From Macrostomum lignano (Eukaryota): a stretch of 64,000 bases of DNA. The stretch spans positions 32,780 through 96,779 of the forward strand of contig NIVC01003458.1 of assembly GCA_002269645.1 (NCBI GenBank), written 5' to 3'. Below are positions 54,048 through 64,000 of this stretch, piece after piece. How positions within the stretch are numbered: the first letter of the stretch is position 1; each line of letters starts with the position of its first letter. Position numbers and translations under genes: made by a program. Below the pieces are notes generated by a model that worked only from the letters and a program-made list of their open reading frames with translations, made no database searches and had not been told where the DNA came from.

Positions 54048-54597
54048 CTAGCACAACGATCACAGTTTACCTCTGTATGCGCTACGAGTAAAATGACACA
54101 CAATGATTTAAAGACAACTACGTGAACTGGCAAAGGGTCAAACTAAGAGTACACAAGATTAAGCAATATGCCCAAGGAAAATTACGGCATTAAGGCATTT
54201 AATTGCTCGTGCAAGAGTCCCGCAGAGTACAGCTACAATACAGATATGCACAAAAAACATAAAGCCATGCAGTACGAATTAAGTAAAGAATAAGACTATA
54301 TGGAGTGGGAGCGAGTGAGTGACTAAGCGCTGAGAGAGAGAGGGGGGAGAGTAGACAGCTGCGACTGGCAAAGAAGGATCAGCTCCAACTCCCACACACT
54401 CTGTGTGTTGGGCTAAAGTGCAACTGCTATTCGCCAACTGTATAGAGGGTGATTTATAGAGGAAAGTTTCGAAGGAGGTGAGGTGGGCAGGCCCGGTGCC
54501 TGAACCAGCACTGGTGCAGTGCGGTGCGGGTGTTGGGAGTCGAATTTTAAAAGTAGTCTCACAGGGAGTTGCCCAGTTGAGCCGAGTCTCCCTCAGC

Positions 54598-54640
54598 TCT
54601 GTGTGTGTGTGTGTGTGTATGTGTGTGTGTGTGTGTGTTT
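54598..54640. repeat. (GT)n microsatellite
   Basis: Direct reading. Confidence 0.9.
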
Positions 54641-55821
54641 GCGCACGGGGCATTTGTTGGGCCATACGCGTACAACGGGACCCGCACTGTTGGGCCAAAA
54701 AAAATGTTGGGACTGTCCCATCAAGTCCGTCCAACACTTCCAAAAAAGTTACAATAGCAGCTCAAAAAAATACTTTATGGATTCAGCTCGACAGCCTCTT
54801 TTTGATGGTGCAACTCATTTTTAATAATTTTACTTGCTGTGTCAATAAATAAGCAAAAACTGGCGTCCCAATAAGGAAAAATGATACAAAATTCGACTAA
54901 ATCACTATTGGGACACTGAAATGGCTAATTTGCTCCCGCATATTTTTATTGGTTTTTTCTCATATTTTTACTAATAGTAGATTTCAAGCGCATTCATTTG
55001 CTGCAGTCTTTGTTTCAAGACGTAAATACATAGCATACATTAAAATACATACAAAGCAAAGCATAGCAAAACACTTTTAAGGGTATTTTATTGTCAAAGG
55101 ATGGTTCTGGATGGAGATAAACCTAAAGAAATGACAAGGGCTTACATGTACTTCTGACTGTGATGGGCATCAGTCCTCTACACGAACTAAATTGTTAGGA
55201 CAGTGTTGCAGTGTTGAATACAACAGCCCACTCTTGTTAGGACTCATGCTATTGACTGCTGCGCGCATTCGATATTCTATAAATTGTTGGGACTGTGTGC
55301 TAGAGTGTCGTTTACAAAAGCCCACTCATATTAGGACTTACCCCGTACATGTTAGGACTAAGCCCTACCCCCCTGTGTACATGGCTCCAATTTACCAGAG
55401 TCCCCTTGCTAGTTAAGTGTACATTTATTTTGGTCTATTATTGACGCCACCCCGCAAACGTACGGTAAACAAAATTGGCATGTACTCGCCATGCTGAAAT
55501 CAATGGTCAACTCTGCCTCTGCCATGGCACCCGAGTCACCATGGTATGGAAAGAACAGCATGGAATGGCACAGCGATAAACATGTAAGTGGTATTAAAAA
55601 ACTTTGTCGGAAACAAGAAGCATTTATATTTAAATGCTATAAAAAATACTGCTCCTGCTAAGCAGTACCTACCTTTACTTCACCTTTGATCAACTGCCAT
55701 GTGGCGCAATTGCCAAAGGATCCGTCGACTTTAACCGGTAAGCTGTAAAAGCTTTGAGTAAAACTTGGCATTTCGTCTGAATCCATTGACATTCAATAGC
55801 CTACGTGTCCAACCACAAAAA

Positions 55822-58800
55822 TTATAAGTTTTGTACTTTTAACTCTCAGATTGGGTCTTAGCAGATTCTATAGCTATGCATGCAAGGGCCCCTCAGAGGA
55901 GATGCTTAAACACTGCAGTGCATTTTTCCTAGCAATTATTGGGACACGAAGTGTTGGGCCACTGTGTGTGTGTCTAGTTTTTTCCGCATTTGTTAAGTCA
56001 CCTAAAGAACTCAATTAATAAAGGGCTCCAGAACAAATTGATGGGCAAACGGATGACACACTGCACAGAGACTTGTTGGGACATATTAAAAACAGCTTAT
56101 TTTAGAATGGGTACACTTTACTAAAGTAGAATGCTCCTACAGAAAGCTGCAAGCAAACTAGCATCTTCTGGAGCTGACATGCAGAGAAGAATGATTTTGT
56201 CGTCCTTGAAATCACTAAATAGATATGCGAAATCGATCTTTTGCTAATCCCACCACAGGTTCCAGTGAAAAGAAGAAACGAAACCCATTGACTAAATTGG
56301 CAGTCGACTCAACGATTCCGACTGCAACAGACCTGTCAGCTTCGAACTCAGGAGAGCAGCTAATAGACTACGAGAGTAATGCTAGATGCCAGAATGCTTC
56401 ACAGCATCAAAGTCTTAAGCAGAAGCTTCAATGAAAGGTTAGTTCATGCTGTGGCTGCATTCGTTTTCGTGTCTAGAAGCGTTATAACTTTTTGTACTTT
56501 TAACTCTCAGATCGGGTCTTAGCAGATTCTATAGCTATGCATGCAAGGGCCCCTCAGAGGAGATGCTTAAACACTGCAGTGCATTTTTCCTAGCAATTAT
56601 TGGGACACGAAGTGTTGGGCCACTGTGTGTGTGTCTAGTTTTTTCCGCATTTGTTAAGTCACCTAAAGAACTCAATTAATAAAGGGCTCCAGAACAAATT
56701 GATGGGCAAACGGATGACACACTGCACAGAGACTTGTTGGGACATATTAAAAACAGCTTATTTTAGAATGGGTACACTTTACTAAAGTAGAATGCTCCTA
56801 CAGAAAGCTGCAAGCAAACTAGCATCTTCTGGAGCTGACATGCAGAGAAGAATGATTTTGTCGTCCTTGAAATCACTAAATAGATATGCGAAATCGATCT
56901 TTTGCTAATCCCACCACAGGTTCCAGTGAAAAGAAGAAACGAAACCCATTGACTAAATTGGCAGTCGACTCAATCGATGCCGACTGCAACGGACCTGTCA
57001 GCTTCGAACTCAGGAGAGCAGCTAATAGTCTACGAGAGTAATGCTAGATGCCAGAATGCTTCACAGCATCAAAGTCTTAAGCAGAAGCTTCAATGAAAGG
57101 TTAGTTCATGCTGTGGCTGCATTCGTTTTCGTGTCTAGAAGCGTTATAACTTTTTGTACTTTTAACTCTCAGATCGGGTCTTAGCAGATTCTATAGCTAT
57201 GCATGCAAGGGCCCCTCAGAGGAGATGCTTAAACACTGCAGTGCATTTTTCCTAGCAATTATTGGGACACGAAGTGTTGGGCCACTGTGTGTGTGTCTAG
57301 TTTTTTCCGCATTTGTTAAGTCACCTAAAGAACTCAATTAATAAAGGGCTCCAGAACAAATTGATGGGCAAACGGATGACACACTGCACAGAGACTTGTT
57401 GGGACATATTAAAAACAGCTTATTTTAGAATGGGTACACTTTACTAAAGTAGAATGCTCCTACAGAAAGCTGCAAGCAAACTAGCATCTTCTGGAGCTGA
57501 CATGCAGAGAAGAATGATTTTGTCGTCCTTGAAATCACTAAATAGATATGCGAAATCGATCTTTTGCTAATCCCACCACAGGTTCCAGTGAAAAGAAGAA
57601 ACGAAACCCATTGACTAAATTGGCAGTCGACTCAATCGATGCCGACTGCAACGGACCTGTCAGCTTCGAACTCAGGAGAGCAGCTAATAGTCTACGAGAG
57701 TAATGCTAGATGCCAGAATGCTTCACAGCATCAAAGTCTTAAGCAGAAGCTTCAATGAAAGGTTAGTTCATGCTGTGGCTGCATTCGTTTTCGTGTCTAG
57801 AAGCGTTATAACTTTTTGTACTTTTAACTCTCAGATCGGGTCTTAGCAGATTCTATAGCTATGCATGCAAGGGCCCCTCAGAGGAGATGCTTAAACACTG
57901 CAGTGCATTTTTCCTAGCAATTATTGGGACACGAAGTGTTGGGCCACTGTGTGTGTGTCTAGTTTTTTCCGCATTTGTTAAGTCACCTAAAGAACTCAAT
58001 TAATAAAGGGCTCCAGAACAAATTGATGGGCAAACGGATGACACACTGCACAGAGACTTGTTGGGACATATTAAAAACAGCTTATTTTAGAATGGGTACA
58101 CTTTACTAAAGTAGAATGCTCCTACAGAAAGCTGCAAGCAAACTAGCATCTTCTGGAGCTGACATGCAGAGAAGAATGATTTTGTCGTCCTTGAAATCAC
58201 TAAATAGATATGCGAAATCGATCTTTTGCTAATCCCACCACAGGTTCCAGTGAAAAGAAGAAACGAAACCCATTGACTAAATTGGCAGTCGACTCAATCG
58301 ATGCCGACTGCAACGGACCTGTCAGCTTCGAACTCAGGAGAGCAGCTAATAGTCTACGAGAGTAATGCTAGATGCCAGAATGCTTCACAGCATCAAAGTC
58401 TTAAGCAGAAGCTTCAATGAAAGGTTAGTTCATGCTGTGGCTGCATTCGTTTTCGTGTCTAGAAGCGTTATAACTTTTTGTACTTTTAACTCTCAGATCG
58501 GGTCTTAGCAGATTCTATAGCTATGCATGCAAGGGCCCCTCAGAGGAGATGCTTAAACACTGCAGTGCATTTTTCCTAGCAATTATTGGGACACGAAGTG
58601 TTGGGCCACTGTGTGTGTGTCTAGTTTTTTCCGCATTTGTTAAGTCACCTAAAGAACTCAATTAATAAAGGGCTCCAGAACAAATTGATGGGCAAACGGA
58701 TGACACACTGCACAGAGACTTGTTGGGACATATTAAAAACAGCTTATTTTAGAATGGGTACACTTTACTAAAGTAGAATGCTCCTACAGAAAGCTGCAAG

Positions 58801-61800
58801 CAAACTAGCATCTTCTGGAGCTGACATGCAGAGAAGAATGATTTTGTCGTCCTTGAAATCACTAAATAGATATGCGAAATCGATCTTTTGCTAATCCCAC
58901 CACAGGTTCCAGTGAAAAGAAGAAACGAAACCCATTGACTAAATTGGCAGTCGACTCAATCGATCCGACTGCAACGACCTGTCAGCTTCGAACTCAGGAG
59001 AGCAGCTAATAGTCTACGAGAGTAATGCTAGATGCCAGAATGCTTCACAGCATCAAAGTCTTAAGCAGAAGCTTCAATGAAAGGTTAGTTCATGCTGTGG
59101 CTGCATTCGTTTTCGTGTCTAGAAGCGTTATAACTTTTTGTACTTTTAACTCTCAGATCGGGTCTTAGCAGATTCTATAGCTATGCATGCAAGGGCCCCT
59201 CAGAGGAGATGCTTAAACACTGCAGTGCATTTTTCCTAGCAATTATTGGGACACGAAGTGTTGGGCCACTGTGTGTGTGTCTAGTTTTTTCCGCATTTGT
59301 TAAGTCACCTAAAGAACTCAATTAATAAAGGGCTCCAGAACAAATTGATGGGCAAACGGATGACACACTGCACAGAGACTTGTTGGGACATATTAAAAAC
59401 AGCTTATTTTAGAATGGGTACACTTTACTAAAGTAGAATGCTCCTACAGAAAGCTGCAAGCAAACTAGCATCTTCTGGAGCTGACATGCAGAGAAGAATG
59501 ATTTTGTCGTCCTTGAAATCACTAAATAGATATGCGAAATCGATCTTTTGCTAATCCCACCACAGGTTCCAGTGAAAAGAAGAAACGAAACCCATTGACT
59601 AAATTGGCAGTCGACTCAATCGATCCGACTGCAACGACCTGTCAGCTTCGAACTCAGGAGAGCAGCTAATAGTCTACGAGAGTAATGCTAGATGCCAGAA
59701 TGCTTCACAGCATCAAAGTCTTAAGCAGAAGCTTCAATGAAAGGTTAGTTCATGCTGTGGCTGCATTCGTTTTCGTGTCTAGAAGCGTTATAACTTTTTG
59801 TACTTTTAACTCTCAGATCGGGTCTTAGCAGATTCTATAGCTATGCATGCAAGGGCCCCTCAGAGGAGATGCTTAAACACTGCAGTGCATTTTTCCTAGC
59901 AATTATTGGGACACGAAGTGTTGGGCCACTGTGTGTGTGTCTAGTTTTTTCCGCATTTGTTAAGTCACCTAAAGAACTCAATTAATAAAGGGCTCCAGAA
60001 CAAATTGATGGGCAAACGGATGACACACTGCACAGAGACTTGTTGGGACATATTAAAAACAGCTTATTTTAGAATGGGTACACTTTACTAAAGTAGAATG
60101 CTCCTACAGAAAGCTGCAAGCAAACTAGCATCTTCTGGAGCTGACATGCAGAGAAGAATGATTTTGTCGTCCTTGAAATCACTAAATAGATATGCGAAAT
60201 CGATCTTTTGCTAATCCCACCACAGGTTCCAGTGAAAAGAAGAAACGAAACCCATTGACTAAATTGGCAGTCGACTCAATCGATGCCGACTGCAACGGAC
60301 CTGTCAGCTTCGAACTCAGGAGAGCAGCTAATAGTCTACGAGAGTAATGCTAGATGCCAGAATGCTTCACAGCATCAAAGTCTTAAGCAGAAGCTTCAAT
60401 GAAAGGTTAGTTCATGCTGTGGCTGCATTCGTTTTCGTGTCTAGAAGCGTTATAACTTTTTGTACTTTTAACTCTCAGATCGGGTCTTAGCAGATTCTAT
60501 AGCTATGCATGCAAGGGCCCCTCAGAGGAGATGCTTAAACACTGCAGTGCATTTTTCCTAGCAATTATTGGGACACGAAGTGTTGGGCCACTGTGTGTGT
60601 GTCTAGTTTTTTCCGCATTTGTTAAGTCACCTAAAGAACTCAATTAATAAAGGGCTCCAGAACAAATTGATGGGCAAACGGATGACACACTGCACAGAGA
60701 CTTGTTGGGACATATTAAAAACAGCTTATTTTAGAATGGGTACACTTTACTAAAGTAGAATGCTCCTACAGAAAGCTGCAAGCAAACTAGCATCTTCTGG
60801 AGCTGACATGCAGAGAAGAATGATTTTGTCGTCCTTGAAATCACTAAATAGATATGCGAAATCGATCTTTTGCTAATCCCACCACAGGTTCCAGTGAAAA
60901 GAAGAAACGAAACCCATTGACTAAATTGGCAGTCGACTCAATCGATGCCGACTGCAACGACCTGTCAGCTTCGAACTCAGGAGAGCAGCTAATAGACTAC
61001 GAGAGTAATGCTAGATGCCAGAATGCTTCACAGCATCAAAGTCTTAAGCAGAAGCTTCAATGAAAGGTTAGTTCATGCTGTGGCTGCATTCGTTTTCGTG
61101 TCTAGAAGCGTTATAACTTTTTGTACTTTTAACTCTCAGATCGGGTCTTAGCAGATTCTATAGCTATGCATGCAAGGGCCCCTCAGAGGAGATGCTTAAA
61201 CACTGCAGTGCATTTTTCCTAGCAATTATTGGGACACGAAGTGTTGGGCCACTGTGTGTGTGTCTAGTTTTTTCCGCATTTGTTAAGTCACCTAAAGAAC
61301 TCAATTAATAAAGGGCTCCAGAACAAATTGATGGGCAAACGGATGACACACTGCACAGAGACTTGTTGGGACATATTAAAAACAGCTTATTTTAGAATGG
61401 GTACACTTTACTAAAGTAGAATGCTCCTACAGAAAGCTGCAAGCAAACTAGCATCTTCTGGAGCTGACATGCAGAGAAGAATGATTTTGTCGTCCTTGAA
61501 ATCACTAAATAGATATGCGAAATCGATCTTTTGCTAATCCCACCACAGGTTCCAGTGAAAAGAAGAAACGAAACCCATTGACTAAATTGGCAGTCGACTC
61601 AATCGATGCCGACTGCAACGGACCTGTCAGCTTCGAACTCAGGAGAGCAGCTAATAGTCTACGAGAGTAATGCTAGATGCCAGAATGCTTCACAGCATCA
61701 AAGTCTTAAGCAGAAGCTTCAATGAAAGGTTAGTTCATGCTGTGGCTGCATTCGTTTTCGTGTCTAGAAGCGTTATAACTTTTTGTACTTTTAACTCTCA

Positions 61801-64000
61801 GATCGGGTCTTAGCAGATTCTATAGCTATGCATGCAAGGGCCCCTCAGAGGAGATGCTTAAACACTGCAGTGCATTTTTCCTAGCAATTATTGGGACACG
61901 AAGTGTTGGGCCACTGTGTGTGTGTCTAGTTTTTTCCGCATTTGTTAAGTCACCTAAAGAACTCAATTAATAAAGGGCTCCAGAACAAATTGATGGGCAA
62001 ACGGATGACACACTGCACAGAGACTTGTTGGGACATATTAAAAACAGCTTATTTTAGAATGGGTACACTTTACTAAAGTAGAATGCTCCTACAGAAAGCT
62101 GCAAGCAAACTAGCATCTTCTGGAGCTGACATGCAGAGAAGAATGATTTTGTCGTCCTTGAAATCACTAAATAGATATGCGAAATCGATCTTTTGCTAAT
62201 CCCACCACAGGTTCCAGTGAAAAGAAGAAACGAAACCCATTGACTAAATTGGCAGTCGACTCAATCGATGCCGACTGCAACTGACCTGTCAGCTTCGAAC
62301 TCAGGAGAGCAGCTAATAGACTACGAGAGTAATGCTAGATGCCAGAATGCTTCACAGCATCAAAGTCTTAAGCAGAAGCTTCAATGAAAGGTTAGTTCAT
62401 GCTGTGGCTGCATTCGTTTTCGTGTCTAGAAGCGTTATAACTTTTTGTACTTTTAACTCTCAGATCGGGTCTTAGCAGATTCTATAGCTATGCATGCAAG
62501 GGCCCCTCAGAGGAGATGCTTAAACACTGCAGTGCATTTTTCCTAGCAATTATTGGGACACGAAGTGTTGGGCCACTGTGTGTGTGTCTAGTTTTTTCCG
62601 CATTTGTTAAGTCACCTAAAGAACTCAATTAATAAAGGGCTCCAGAACAAATTGATGGGCAAACGGATGACACACTGCACAGAGACTTGTTGGGACATAT
62701 TAAAAACAGCTTATTTTAGAATGGGTACACTTTACTAAAGTAGAATGCTCCTACAGAAAGCTGCAAGCAAACTAGCATCTTCTGGAGCTGACATGCAGAG
62801 AAGAATGATTTTGTCGTCCTTGAAATCACTAAATAGATATGCGAAATCGATTTTTGCTAATCCCACCACAGGTTCCAGTGAAAAGAAGAAACGAAACCCA
62901 TTGACTAAATTGGCAGTCGACTCAATCGATGCCGACTGCAACTGACCTGTCAGCTTCGAACTCAGGAGAGCAGCTAATAGTCTACGAGAGTAATGCTAGA
63001 TGCCAGAATGCTTCACAGCATCAAAGTCTTAAGCAGAAGCTTCAATGAAAGGTTAGTTCATGCTGTGGCTGCATTCGTTTTCGTGTCTAGAAGCGTTATA
63101 ACTTTTTGTACTTTTAACTCTCAGATCGGGTCTTAGCAGATTCTATAGCTATGCATGCAAGGGCCCCTCAGAGGAGATGCTTAAACACTGCAGTGCATTT
63201 TTCCTAGCAATTATTGGGACACGAAGTGTTGGGCCACTGTGTGTGTGTCTAGTTTTTTCCGCATTTGTTAAGTCACCTAAAGAACTCAATTAATAAAGGG
63301 CTCCAGAACAAATTGATGGGCAAACGGATGACACACTGCACAGAGACTTGTTGGGACATATTAAAAACAGCTTATTTTAGAATGGGTACACTTTACTAAA
63401 GTAGAATGCTCCTACAGAAAGCTGCAAGCAAACTAGCATCTTCTGGAGCTGACATGCAGAGAAGAATGATTTTGTCGTCCTTGAAATCACTAAATCGATA
63501 TGCGAAATCGATCTTTTGCTAATCCCACCACAGGTTCCAGTGAAAAGAAGAAACGAAACCCATTGACTAAATTGGCAGTCGACTCAATCGATCCGACTGC
63601 AACTGACCTGTCAGCTTCGAACTCAGGAGAGCAGCTAATAGACTACGAGAGTAATGCTAGATGCCAGAATGCTTCACAGCATCAAAGTCTTAAGCAGAAG
63701 CTTCAATGAAAGGTTAGTTCATGCTGTGGCTGCATTCGTTTTCGTGTCTAGAAGCGTTATAACTTTTTGTACTTTTAACTCTCAGATCGGGTCTTAGCAG
63801 ATTCTATAGCTATGCATGCAAGGGCCCCTCAGAGAGATGCTTAAACACTGCAGTGCATTTTTCCTAGCAATTATTGGGACACGAAGTGTTGGGCCACTGT
63901 GTGTGTGTCTAGTTTTTTCCGCATTTGTTAAGTCACCTAAAGAACTCAATTAATAAAGGGCTCCAGAACAAATTGATGGGCAAACGGATGACACACTGCA
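55822..64000. repeat. 662-bp macrosatellite: 12 full head-to-tail units plus a partial 13th, continuing beyond the window
   Basis: The anchor TGTACTTTTAACTCTCAG recurs at spacings of 660-662 bp (G at 55833, 56494, 57156, 57818, 58480, 59140, 59800, 60462, 61123, 61785, 62447, 63108, 63769); units are >99% identical. Confidence 0.98.

Noticed and set aside
56225-63709. 69-aa ORFs MRNRSFANPTTGSSEKKKRNP… in some repeat units
   Set aside because: They appear only in copies with a net 1-bp deletion; consensus units have stops in all three frames of this segment. Not called as CDS.
55822-64000. 662-bp unit as a 5S rRNA, snRNA, SL RNA, tRNA or histone tandem array
   Set aside because: I could not recognise 5S, U-snRNA, SL or tRNA sequence or a histone ORF in the unit. 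An Infernal/Rfam scan would be needed to exclude a divergent ncRNA.

Overview
Eukaryotic (metazoan) genomic DNA. Spliceosomal GT-AG introns, GC3-rich exons and a very high density of distinct mini- and microsatellites are compatible with a free-living flatworm such as Macrostomum (inference, not verified). I reconstructed the genes by hand from splice sites and reading frame. (1) A 4-exon D2-like dopamine receptor on +, join(5923..6381,15909..16021,18696..19735,20850..21082), 614 aa. (2) A 3-exon claudin/PMP22-like four-TM protein on -, join(29084..28898,27783..27634,24846..24641), 180 aa; its middle exon is absent from the ORF track. (3) A 2-exon PRKX/PKA-C3-type kinase on -, join(45686..45056,32054..31606), 359 aa. 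Its 13-kb intron holds (4) an opposite-strand nested coding exon (36640..37265) for an unrecognised ~220-230 aa protein. (5) A probable 3-exon orphan gene on + at 49846..51195. By my rough tally ~45% of the window is tandem repeat: more than 25 different units, an interstitial telomere-like array, hAT-like MITEs, and a 662-bp macrosatellite of 12+ copies running off the right end, whose variation is concentrated in three sites. Most entries in the ORF track are artefacts of stop-free repeats. No rRNA, tRNA or CRISPR array was recognised. Repeat boundaries are approximate (tens of bp).
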